Below, piece after piece: positions 55,912 to 64,000 of a stretch of DNA of 64,000 bases. Each line of letters begins with the position of its first letter. Within the stretch, counting starts at the first letter, position 1. The stretch lies in contig CASDOW010000010.1 in NCBI GenBank assembly GCA_949282195.1, positions 452-64,451 on the forward strand. The letters are read 5' to 3'. A program made the translations under genes and the position numbers. The DNA comes from an uncultured bacterium. Its GTDB lineage: Bacteria; Cyanobacteriota; Vampirovibrionia; Gastranaerophilales; Gastranaerophilaceae. The notes below the pieces were generated by a model, which was given only the letters and a program-made list of their open reading frames with translations, made no database searches and had not been told where the DNA came from.

Positions 55912-57693
55912 ATGATAGATGATAATTTTTTAGCGGAATATGAAAATCTTTTATATCAAACAGAGCGTCCTTCCAGATATATTGGTGATGAATATGGTTC
56001 TTATGATAAAGATTTTAATTTAGCAGAGGGTAAATTTCTTTTTGTTTTTCCTGATAAATACGAAATCGGGATAAGCAATTTTGGACATAAGATAATTTAT
56101 GATTTAATTAACAAAAGAAAAAATCTTTTATGTGATAGACTATATGCTCCAGATAAAGATTTTTCAGAGTTATTAAAAAAGAACGATAAAGAAATTTACG
56201 CGCTTGAATCAAAAAGAAAACCAAAAGAATTTGATATAATAGGTTTCGGGCTTCAATATGAAATGTGTTATACAACAGTTTTAAAATTGTTGGAGATGTC
56301 CGATATTCCAATTTTTAATAAAGATAGAAATAATTCTCATCCTATTATTATGGCGGGCGGTCCTTGTACATCAAATCCTAAGCCTATGGCAAAATTTATT
56401 GATATTTTTGTTATAGGTGACGGCGAAGATGTAAATATTGAGATTTTAGAAAAATACATTGAATTAAAAAATAAATTACCAAGAAATGAAATTATAAAAG
56501 AATTGGCAAAAATTGAAGGGGTTTATGCGCCAATTGTTGATAATAAGGCAAATAAAAGAATTGCACAATTAACCTATGAAAACCATCCGATAAATTCTCC
56601 AATTCCTCATTTTGCCTCTATCCATGATAGGGCGATAATTGAATTAAGGAGAGGCTGCGGCAGATTGTGTCGTTTTTGTCAGGCATCTCATATCAATCTT
56701 CCGATTAGGGAAAGAAAAAAAGAAGATATTGTAAAATTAGCAAAAGAATATGTTAAAAATACAGGTTATGATGAATATTCTTTATTGTCTTTATCGTCTA
56801 ATGACCATGGAAAAATTGAAGAAATTTTAGCTAATTTAAGCTGCCATTTTAGAGGATCGGGAATTAATGTTTCTCTGCCCTCTCAAAGAGCTGACAGATT
56901 TTCTTTGGAATTGGCAAAATTAGCACAAAGCGAAAAGAAAGCAACGGTTACAATTGCTCCTGAAGCAGGCACACAAAGAATGAGGGATGTAATTAATAAA
57001 AATTTGTCAAAAGAGCAAATAATTAATGCAACAATTTCATGTATAAAAAACGGCTGGAATAAAATTAAATATTATTTTGTTATAGGCTTGCCTTTTGAAA
57101 CTTATGAAGATTTAAAAGGAATTGTTGATTTAATTGAACAAGTTAATTTGTCATGCAGAGAAAATGGTTTAAAATATCCTCAAATTACTTGTTCTATTTC
57201 GGTTTTTGTGCCTAAACCTCATACACCTTTTCAGTGGGCAAGGCAAAACACAATTTCTGAAATTCAAGAAAAAATAAAATATTTGAGAGATTTAAAAGAT
57301 AAAATTAAAAATGTCAGATTTAATTTTCACAATCCCAAAATGTCGCAATTAGAAGCATTTTTTACTCGCGGCGATGAAAGATTATCAGATTTTATTTATG
57401 AATTATATAAAGAAGGTTCATATTTAGATTCTTGGGATGAAAATCTTGATTTTGATTTATACCAAAAAATTGCAAATAAATTGAATATCGATATAGAAAA
57501 AGAGGCTTCAAAGGAATTTGAACAGGATGAGAATTTGCCTTGGGATAATATTTTTTACGGCGTTAATAAATCTTGGCTTTTAGCTGAATATAATAAAGCC
57601 CATGAAGCAATTTCAACAATTCCTTGTGAAGTAAAATGTAATAATTGCGGAGTTTGCACAAATTTTAAAACCAAAAAGATTTTGGATAAATGA
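55912..57693 (+). CDS. B12-binding-like/radical SAM family protein (TIGR03960-like)
   Basis: 593 aa. ELRRGCGRLCRFCQASHI (CxxxCxxC), N-terminal Rossmann-like part, C-terminal CEVKCNNCGVC. Confidence 0.85.
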   Translation: MIDDNFLAEYENLLYQTERPSRYIGDEYGSYDKDFNLAEGKFLFVFPDKYEIGISNFGHKIIYDLINKRKNLLCDRLYAPDKDFSELLKKNDKEIYALESKRKPKEFDIIGFGLQYEMCYTTVLKLLEMSDIPIFNKDRNNSHPIIMAGGPCTSNPKPMAKFIDIFVIGDGEDVNIEILEKYIELKNKLPRNEIIKELAKIEGVYAPIVDNKANKRIAQLTYENHPINSPIPHFASIHDRAIIELRRGCGRLCRFCQASHINLPIRERKKEDIVKLAKEYVKNTGYDEYSLLSLSSNDHGKIEEILANLSCHFRGSGINVSLPSQRADRFSLELAKLAQSEKKATVTIAPEAGTQRMRDVINKNLSKEQIINATISCIKNGWNKIKYYFVIGLPFETYEDLKGIVDLIEQVNLSCRENGLKYPQITCSISVFVPKPHTPFQWARQNTISEIQEKIKYLRDLKDKIKNVRFNFHNPKMSQLEAFFTRGDERLSDFIYELYKEGSYLDSWDENLDFDLYQKIANKLNIDIEKEASKEFEQDENLPWDNIFYGVNKSWLLAEYNKAHEAISTIPCEVKCNNCGVCTNFKTKKILDK

Positions 57694-57694
57694 T

Positions 57695-58480
57695 TTATAA
57701 CTTATGAAATATCGGTTTCATTTTGTCAAAAGTTGCAAAATACTTATAGCCTATAGATTTTAGAAATTCTCTCATTTCTTTGATTTTATAGCCTAAATCT
57801 CTTGTATTATGAGAGTCTGAGCCTATTGTTATAATTTCGCCGTTTAATTCTCTATAGAATTTTAAAATGTCTTTTGAGGGCATTAAGTCTTTTAAGCCGT
57901 ATCTAAATGAAGATGTGTTAAGTTCAATTCCTTTTTCGTTTTGGATAATATGGGTTAAGATTTTTTCAATAATTTCTTTTGAATGTTTAAAAGGGTATTC
58001 CCCAAAATCGTCGTATCTTCTAATTAAGTCTAAATGTCCCAAGACGCTATATTTATCATAGATTTGTATAGTATTATAAATCTCCTCATAATATCTTCGA
58101 TTGTATTGGGCTTGCGTTTTGCCATATTGGAAACTTCTGTCCCATAAATCTTTATCTTCAACAAGATGAAAAGACATGATTATAAAATCAAAAGAATATT
58201 TTTTAAAAATATTTTCAAAATAGTCTTTATGATGTGCTTGAAGACCAAATTCAATTCCTTGTTTTATTGCGATTTTGTTTTTATATTTTTCTTGAAGAAT
58301 TTTTATTTCTTTAAAGTAGCTTTCAAAATTACATGAAAAACAGCCGTAATTACCATAATCGGTATGGTCTGTAAAGCATATTTCATCAAGATTTAATGCT
58401 AAAGCTTGCTTAATATAATCTTCCATTTTTGCGCTTGAATCTGAGCTAAAGCTTGTGTGAATGTGATAGTCTGCGTTCAT
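57695..58480 (-). CDS. PHP-family phosphoesterase (HisJ-type histidinol-phosphatase-like)
   Basis: NADYHIHTSFSSDS, FTDHTD, LGHLDL, GSDSH. Confidence 0.82.
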   Translation of the reverse strand: MNADYHIHTSFSSDSSAKMEDYIKQALALNLDEICFTDHTDYGNYGCFSCNFESYFKEIKILQEKYKNKIAIKQGIEFGLQAHHKDYFENIFKKYSFDFIIMSFHLVEDKDLWDRSFQYGKTQAQYNRRYYEEIYNTIQIYDKYSVLGHLDLIRRYDDFGEYPFKHSKEIIEKILTHIIQNEKGIELNTSSFRYGLKDLMPSKDILKFYRELNGEIITIGSDSHNTRDLGYKIKEMREFLKSIGYKYFATFDKMKPIFHKL

Positions 58481-58481
58481 T

Positions 58482-58844
58482 TTATTTACCGATTTTTTGT
58501 TTGACTGTTTGAATAAAATTGTTTATGTCTATTGGTTTTGTTAAATAATCGTTAATGCCATAACTTGCTGCTTTTTGCTTATCTAAATCCATTGCACAAG
58601 CGCTTACAATAATTATTGGACAAAGAGTTGCGTTTTCATTTTTTAATTTTTCAATAAGACTGAATCCATCTAATTTTGGCAATTGTATATCAAGAATAAT
58701 TAAATCATAGGTGTTTATTTTGAGTTTTTCATAAGCGTCTTGTCCGTCATATGATTTTTCAACAGCATAGTTTTGATATGTTAATATATCAAAAAATAAT
58801 TTCATATTTAGTTCGTTATCTTCAACTATTAATATTTTTTTCAT
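58482..58844 (-). CDS. Stand-alone response-regulator receiver (CheY-like)
   Basis: 120 aa. KILIVEDNELN, DLIILDIQLP (phospho-acceptor Asp), TKP. No output domain. Confidence 0.9.
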   Translation of the reverse strand: MKKILIVEDNELNMKLFFDILTYQNYAVEKSYDGQDAYEKLKINTYDLIILDIQLPKLDGFSLIEKLKNENATLCPIIIVSACAMDLDKQKAASYGINDYLTKPIDINNFIQTVKQKIGK

Positions 58845-60076
58845 AATATTATATTTTTAAACTCCATAACAAAGGTAGTGCCTTTATTAACCTCGCTTTC
58901 AAGAGATATTTTGCCTTTATGAAGTTTTACCAGTTCTTTTGTAATGGTTAAACCAAGACCTGTTGAGTTTTGGTTTTTTGTGTAGACGTTGTTTAAATGA
59001 ACAAATTTTTTAAATATTTTATTGTGATATTTTTTATCTATTCCTATTCCGTTGTCTTTGATTTTTAGAGTGTAGGTCTTATCTTTTTTTAATTGGATAA
59101 TTTCAATTTTACCGTTTTCTTTAGTGAATTTAATTGCATTAGATAACAAATTATATAAGATTTGTTGAAATTTTTGATAATCAGCTTGAATTTTACATTC
59201 AAATTTTGGGTCAAATATTATTTCTATATTTTTGTTTTTATATAAGGGTTCTAATATGTTAACCACTTCTTGGATTGTTTGATTTGGATTTAATTCAATC
59301 GGGCTGAATTTCATAGCATGGGCTTCAAGCTTAGATATATCAAGTATTTCGTTAATCATGCCAAGAAGGTGTAAGCTTGAAATTTGAATATCTTTGATAT
59401 ATTCAGACTGTTTCTCGTTTAAATCTCCGAAAATCTTGCTGTCTAGCGCTTGAGAGAAGCCTATAATTGCGTTAAGCGGTGTTCTTAGTTCATGGGAAAT
59501 GTTTGCTAGGAACAGATTTTTTGTTTTATCCAGTTCTTGAAGTTTTTTGTGTTGTTTTTTTATAATTTCATAAGCTTCTTGTTTTTCAATTATTGCTTCT
59601 TGCATTGCTTTTAATTGAATTTTGAAAACTTCGTTTAATTCATAATCTTTTATTTTGTAACTTATGACTTGAGCCAGTGCTAAAAAGGATGTTTTTAGTT
59701 CGTCGGTTATATCATTATCTGTGCTTAAAATTATAATTCCAAAAACAGATTCTTTAATAGCCAGTTTAACAAACAAACTGTTTGAATATAAAAATTCATC
59801 TTTTTTTGTTTTGATTTCTTTGATTTTGTCCTTGGAATTAATGAAATCGTATGCAATTTTTGAATTTATTGCATAGTTTTCTAAGCATTTATTTTTGTTA
59901 AGTATTGATTTTGCCGTTAAATCTGAATTTTCGCAAAAGAAAATTCCTAATGATGAATTTTTATATAAAGAAGACATCATCTCCAACACAGATTGATAAA
60001 ATCCAATATTCTTAGCCTGTGTGTCGTTTATGATGTCGTCAATTAAATTTAAACTTTCAGATAGTAACTTTTCCAT
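58841..60076 (-). CDS. Cytoplasmic sensor histidine kinase (GAF-like N-terminus + HisKA + HATPase_c)
   Basis: H-box FLANISHELRTPLNAIIGF, N-box LLSNAIKFT, G-boxes DNGIGI and GLGLTI. No TM segment. Confidence 0.9.
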   Translation of the reverse strand: MEKLLSESLNLIDDIINDTQAKNIGFYQSVLEMMSSLYKNSSLGIFFCENSDLTAKSILNKNKCLENYAINSKIAYDFINSKDKIKEIKTKKDEFLYSNSLFVKLAIKESVFGIIILSTDNDITDELKTSFLALAQVISYKIKDYELNEVFKIQLKAMQEAIIEKQEAYEIIKKQHKKLQELDKTKNLFLANISHELRTPLNAIIGFSQALDSKIFGDLNEKQSEYIKDIQISSLHLLGMINEILDISKLEAHAMKFSPIELNPNQTIQEVVNILEPLYKNKNIEIIFDPKFECKIQADYQKFQQILYNLLSNAIKFTKENGKIEIIQLKKDKTYTLKIKDNGIGIDKKYHNKIFKKFVHLNNVYTKNQNSTGLGLTITKELVKLHKGKISLESEVNKGTTFVMEFKNIIL

Positions 60077-60082
60077 ACTTCA

Positions 60083-60088
60083 ATTATA
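60083..60088 (-). promoter_or_regulatory. -10 hexamer TATAAT, 6 nt upstream of the kinase ATG (leaderless geometry)
   Basis: Minus strand reads TATAAT-TGAAGT-ATG(60076). No SD. Confidence 0.45.
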
Positions 60089-60125
60089 AAATATATTTGA
60101 TTTTCTACAAAAAAGTTAATATATT

Positions 60126-60617
60126 TTATAATTTAAAAATGTATCCGCCTTTTGTGGCGTTTTCAAGCACATTTTGTGAGATTTTTGTTCTAAGATTTTT
60201 AATGTATTTATATACATAATCGCTTGGCAAACCCAAAATGGCAGCTAAATCTCTTGCGTAAACCACTTCGCCTTTGTTTTCAATAAAATGGTTTAATACT
60301 GAGTCTTCCCTTTGTGTTAAAGGTTTTTTATAAGTTAATTTTGATTTGATTTCTTTAATTGTGTTTGATTGACTTTCTGATAAGATTTTATGTTGAATGT
60401 CTTGCGCTTTTTCAGCCAGTTTTAAAATTTGATTAGAAGACTTTTCTCTTGATGAATAAAGTCTTTTTTCATTTTGCATAACGATATCTATAATATCGCT
60501 TGTTTGTTTATCTTCTTCAAGAACTTTACCGAGTTTTTTTGCATATTCTTCTAAAGTGATTTTTTCTAAAGAGCTTCTCCATTGTTTGATTTCTTCTTTG
60601 GTTAGATATTGGCTCAT
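60126..60617 (-). CDS. Protein with C-terminal OmpR/PhoB-type winged-helix DNA-binding domain and no receiver domain
   Basis: C-terminus LTQREDSVLNHFIENKGEVVYARDLAAILGL...VYKYIKNLRTKISQ...TKGGYIFKL fits the Trans_reg_C pattern (LT.rE..lL..l....g.vv.r..L...........v..hI..LR.Ki......rG.GY.f). GGGGGA SD. Confidence 0.65.
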   Translation of the reverse strand: MSQYLTKEEIKQWRSSLEKITLEEYAKKLGKVLEEDKQTSDIIDIVMQNEKRLYSSREKSSNQILKLAEKAQDIQHKILSESQSNTIKEIKSKLTYKKPLTQREDSVLNHFIENKGEVVYARDLAAILGLPSDYVYKYIKNLRTKISQNVLENATKGGYIFKL

Positions 60618-60809
60618 TTATTCCCCCATAAAGTGATAATCAATCTCGTTTGTTTTGTTATATATGTTATATCATAACGATTGGCTGAAATCAGCAAATA
60701 TTGCATAACGTAAATTTTTTTTAAAATAGTTAATATTAGGCTTTTTTTGCTTGACAAGCTTATTTTGTTTGTAGTTAGGTATTTTGGCTTTTTGTTAAGT
60801 TTTAAAAAA

Positions 60810-60832
60810 AGCAGATGAGAGTATCACCTGCT
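60810..60832 (-). terminator. Intrinsic terminator after fba
   Basis: Stem AGCAGaTG/CAcCTGCT (one mismatch), flanked by A7 and T7 runs. Confidence 0.7.
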
Positions 60833-60860
60833 TTTTTTAAAATTATGTTAAAGAAATATA

Positions 60861-61820
60861 TTAGTCTTGAGCGTGACCTGCTGTTCCTAATACATCTCTC
60901 ATTTTATGTATAACCATTTCTTTAACGGCTGTTCTTCCCGGTCCCATATATTCTCTGGGGTCGAATTTTTCAGGATGTTCAACAAAGAATTCTCTGATAG
61001 TTGAAGTCATAGCTAATCTTAAATCTGTGTCGATGTTAATTTTAGCTACGCCGTGTTGAGAAGCATATTTTAACATTTCTTCAGGAACACCTTGAGCGTC
61101 AGGTAAGTTGCCGCCGAATTGGTTACATTTTGCAACAAATTCTTTAGGAACTGAGCTTGAACCGTGAAGAACGATAGGATAATCGCCAAAACCTGCCTCT
61201 TTTAGAGCATCTTTTATTTCTTTTAATCTTTCAAAGTCAAGTTTAGCTTCGCCTTTGAATTTGTAAGCACCATGGCTTGTTCCGATAGCAATAGCCAGTG
61301 AATCGCAACCTGTTTGTCTAACAAATTCAACAGCTTCTTTAACATTTGTGTATTTAGCATCTTTAGCATCAACTTTTACATCATCTTCAACGCCTGCTAA
61401 TTTACCAAGTTCAGCTTCAACTGAAACTCCTCTTTCGTGAGCATATTCAACTACTTTTTTAGTTAATGCTACGTTTTCTTCAAATGGGAAACGAGAACCG
61501 TCAATCATTACAGATGAGAAACCGCCGTCGATACATGCTTTACAGATTTCAAAATCAGCACCGTGGTCCAAGTGAAGTGCGATAGGTACTGTTGTTGTAG
61601 CTAGGGCTGCTTCAACTAATTTTAATAAATATGTTTGATTTGCATATTTTCTTGCACCTGCTGAAACTTGAAGAATAATTGGAGATTGTGTTTCTTCAGC
61701 AGCTTCTGCAATACCTTGCAAAATTTCCATGTTGTTAACATTGTAAGCACCGATAGCATATCCGCCTGCCAGTGCTTTTTTGAACATTTCATTTGTTCCT
61801 ACTAGTTTTCTTTCTGCCAT
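60861..61820 (-). CDS. fba: Class II fructose-bisphosphate aldolase
   Basis: AIGAYNVNNME, PIALHLDHG, MIDGS, GTSHGAYKF, LHGSSSVP. Confidence 0.95.
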   Translation of the reverse strand: MAERKLVGTNEMFKKALAGGYAIGAYNVNNMEILQGIAEAAEETQSPIILQVSAGARKYANQTYLLKLVEAALATTTVPIALHLDHGADFEICKACIDGGFSSVMIDGSRFPFEENVALTKKVVEYAHERGVSVEAELGKLAGVEDDVKVDAKDAKYTNVKEAVEFVRQTGCDSLAIAIGTSHGAYKFKGEAKLDFERLKEIKDALKEAGFGDYPIVLHGSSSVPKEFVAKCNQFGGNLPDAQGVPEEMLKYASQHGVAKINIDTDLRLAMTSTIREFFVEHPEKFDPREYMGPGRTAVKEMVIHKMRDVLGTAGHAQD

Positions 61821-61925
61821 AAGTTTTTATCCTTTAAATAAAATACCTCTACATATTTTAATTTATATCAAAAACATTTTTTCTACAAGAAATTTATTGT
61901 ATGGTATTATTTATATGAGGTGATT

Positions 61926-62363
61926 ATGAATAGAATTAAAATTGCGATAGCGTCTGATCATGGCGGATTTATTTTAAAAAACAATATATACAAGTATTTG
62001 CTTGTTAAGGGGTATAATATTGTTGATTTCGGCACAAATTCATCTGAATCGTGCGATTATCCTGTTTTTGCAAAAAAAGTCTGCGCTGCAATTTTAAACG
62101 AAGAAGTTCATTATGGAATTTTAATTTGCGGTACAGGTCTTGGCATGCAAATGTGTGCAAATAGGTTCAAGGGAATAAGAGCTGCTTGTGTGTCAGATAC
62201 ATATAGCGCAAAAATGTCAAGATTACACAATAATTCTAACGTATTAACCATGGGAGCAAGAGTAGTCGGCGAAGGTTTGGCATATGATATAGTTGATGTG
62301 TGGCTTGGTACAAATTACGAGGGCGGAAGACACGAGAAAAGAATTAAAATGCTTGATGAATAA
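61926..62363 (+). CDS. rpiB: Ribose-5-phosphate isomerase B
   Basis: KIAIASDHGGF, GILICGTGLGMQMCANR, RHEKRI. ATG 61926 with GAGGTG SD preferred over GTG 61920. Confidence 0.93.
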   Translation: MNRIKIAIASDHGGFILKNNIYKYLLVKGYNIVDFGTNSSESCDYPVFAKKVCAAILNEEVHYGILICGTGLGMQMCANRFKGIRAACVSDTYSAKMSRLHNNSNVLTMGARVVGEGLAYDIVDVWLGTNYEGGRHEKRIKMLDE

Positions 62364-62422
62364 TATTTTTCATTGTAGAATTTTGAAGTGGATAATTAAC
62401 AACTTTTTATAAGGAAGTTTAC

Positions 62423-64000
62423 ATGTTTGAAAGATTTACGGAAAAGGCAATAAGGGTTATAATGCTTGCGCAGGAAGAATCCCGCAGGCTTGGACATAAT
62501 TTTGTCGGTACTGAGCAACTTCTTTTGGGTTTAATTGCGGAAGGTACCGGAATTGCTTCTAAAACCTTGAAATCAATGGGAGTTAATATTAAAGAAGCAA
62601 GAGAAGAAGTTGAAAAAATAATCGGCAGAGGCTGCGGTTTTGTTGCGGTTGAAATTCCTTTCACTCCAAGGGCAAAAAAAGTTCTTGAATTGTCTTGGGA
62701 TGAAGCAAGACAATTAGGACACAATTATATTGGAACAGAACATCTTTTGCTCGGTTTAATAAGAGAAGGCGAAGGTGTTGCGGCAAAGGTTCTAGAAAAT
62801 CTTGGTGTAGATTTAAATAAATGCCGTTCCAATGTTATTAAAATGCTTGGTGAAACTAAAACAACATCATCTTCATCCGGCTCAACTCTTGCGGCTGCCG
62901 GCGTTTCTCAAAAAAGCGCAAAAACTCCTTCTTTGGATGAATTTGGTACCGATTTAACGCTTGCTGCTCAAGAGCAAAGGCTTGACCCTGTTGTTGGAAG
63001 AGAAAAAGAAATCGAACGTGTAATACAGATTTTAGCAAGAAGAACAAAAAATAATCCTGTTTTGATTGGTGAACCGGGGGTTGGTAAAACAGCAATTGCC
63101 CAAGGTTTAGCTCAAAGAATTGTGGATTGTGAAGTTCCTGATATCTTAGAAAATAAAAAAATAATCCAGCTTGATATGGGACTTTTGATTGCAGGCACAA
63201 AATATAGAGGTGAATTTGAAGAACGTCTTAAAAAGATTATGGATGAAATCAGACAAGCAGGAAATATAATTCTTGTAATTGATGAAATGCATACTCTAAT
63301 TGGCGCCGGTGCAGCAGAAGGCGCAATTGATGCGGCAAATATCCTAAAACCGGCACTATCTCGCGGAGAAATCCAAGTTATTGGTGCAACTACTTTAGAT
63401 GAATATAGAAAATACATTGAAAAAGATTCTGCTTTAGAAAGGCGTTTTCAAACCGTAATTGTTGATCAACCGTCTATTGAAGAAACAATTGAAATAATAA
63501 AAGGCTTAAAACCAAAATATGAAGAACACCACAAATTGATTATCTCTGATGAAGCAATTGTTGCTGCTACTGAGTTATCATCAAAATTCATTACAGAAAG
63601 GTTTTTGCCGGATAAAGCAATTGATATTATTGACGAAGCTGCTTCAAAAGTGCGTTTGAATGTTTCTACATTGCCGCCTGAAGGTAAAGAACTTGATAAA
63701 GAATTAAAAGCAATTATCAAGGAAAAAGAAGAAGCAATAAGAAACCAAGAGTTTGAAAGAGCTTCTGATTTAAGGGATGATGAAGCTAATTTGAAAGAAA
63801 AAATCCATGAAATTTCTGAAAAATGGAGAGAAACTCAAGATGAAAATAAGCCCACAGTCGGAGTTGAAGAAGTTGCTCAAGTTGTTTCTACAATTACAGG
63901 TATTCCTGTTACAAAAATAACTGAAGCTGAATCGGAAAAATTGTTAAAACTTGAAGAAACTTTGCACAACCGTGTTATTGGACAGTCTGATGCTGTAGTA
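62423..64000 (+). CDS. clpC: ATP-dependent Clp protease ATP-binding subunit ClpC, 3' part beyond window
   Basis: Absent from the track because it runs off the edge. My translation: [41 protein letters not shown]... (double Clp_N repeat), Walker [22 protein letters not shown]-like linker. AAGGAAG SD. Confidence 0.95.
   Translation, partial: MFERFTEKAIRVIMLAQEESRRLGHNFVGTEQLLLGLIAEGTGIASKTLKSMGVNIKEAREEVEKIIGRGCGFVAVEIPFTPRAKKVLELSWDEARQLGHNYIGTEHLLLGLIREGEGVAAKVLENLGVDLNKCRSNVIKMLGETKTTSSSSGSTLAAAGVSQKSAKTPSLDEFGTDLTLAAQEQRLDPVVGREKEIERVIQILARRTKNNPVLIGEPGVGKTAIAQGLAQRIVDCEVPDILENKKIIQLDMGLLIAGTKYRGEFEERLKKIMDEIRQAGNIILVIDEMHTLIGAGAAEGAIDAANILKPALSRGEIQVIGATTLDEYRKYIEKDSALERRFQTVIVDQPSIEETIEIIKGLKPKYEEHHKLIISDEAIVAATELSSKFITERFLPDKAIDIIDEAASKVRLNVSTLPPEGKELDKELKAIIKEKEEAIRNQEFERASDLRDDEANLKEKIHEISEKWRETQDENKPTVGVEEVAQVVSTITGIPVTKITEAESEKLLKLEETLHNRVIGQSDAVV

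Noticed and set aside
62419-63720. Four minus-strand track ORFs (62419..62724, 62856..63200, 63112..63417, 63466..63720)
   Set aside because: All are antisense to the unmistakable clpC frame (62423..64000, plus strand), which the track omitted because it runs off the window.
1-64000. Alternative genetic code, CRISPR arrays, tRNA/rRNA genes, transposases/integrases, prophage or known defence-system genes
   Set aside because: All long family-recognisable ORFs are intact under the standard code, and TGA, TAA and TAG are all used as stops. No direct-repeat/spacer arrays, no GC-rich cloverleaf-sized intergenic segments and no recombinase, RT or nuclease signatures were seen. The window looks like core chromosome.

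Overview
Low-GC (about 30% by eye), very gene-dense chromosomal window. I count about 62 protein genes and see no rRNA, tRNA, CRISPR array, transposase, integrase or phage genes.

Most of it is housekeeping: gatB, ileS, secA, dxr, hemW, etfBA, mtnP, fabH-fabF, ribF, rel, aspS, metK, rny-ymdB, fba, rpiB and clpC. Two genes run off the window edges and are missing from the ORF track: gatB (1..1166, minus strand) and clpC (62423..64000, plus strand).

The gene content suggests a non-photosynthetic cyanobacterial relative (Melainabacteria/Vampirovibrionia, Gastranaerophilales-like). The cyanobacteria-like markers are an RpaB-like regulator, ClpC, YggT/Ycf19, HEAT-repeat proteins and a prepilin-type protein. 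The anaerobe markers are rubrerythrin, a 4-subunit 2-oxoacid:ferredoxin oxidoreductase and EtfAB. This placement is inference only.

I found no classical defence or mobile island. The observations most worth follow-up are:
1. Ten genes without a Shine-Dalgarno have a -10-like hexamer exactly 6 nt upstream of the ATG. This suggests widespread leaderless mRNAs. Two cases are back-to-back divergent pairs whose start codons are only 20-22 nt apart.
2. A 700-aa membrane pyrophosphatase homolog (21722..23824) keeps the family scaffold motifs, but most catalytic aspartates appear substituted.
3. A weakly similar paralogous family of uncharacterised, partly membrane-anchored proteins occurs at five loci. 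Several members share an SFKG-type motif and an M-x-[IL]-[SQ]-P N-terminus. One locus also holds two Q/N/P-rich HEAT-repeat paralogs.
4. A six-gene operon translationally couples the 2-oxoacid:ferredoxin oxidoreductase to fabH-fabF.
5. A two-component cassette encodes the OmpR-type DNA-binding domain, kinase, receiver and a PHP phosphoesterase as separate genes.
6. The metK leader could form an SD-sequestering pseudoknot.
7. RNase Y probably uses a non-canonical start codon.

All family calls rest on motif recognition by eye. No searches were run.
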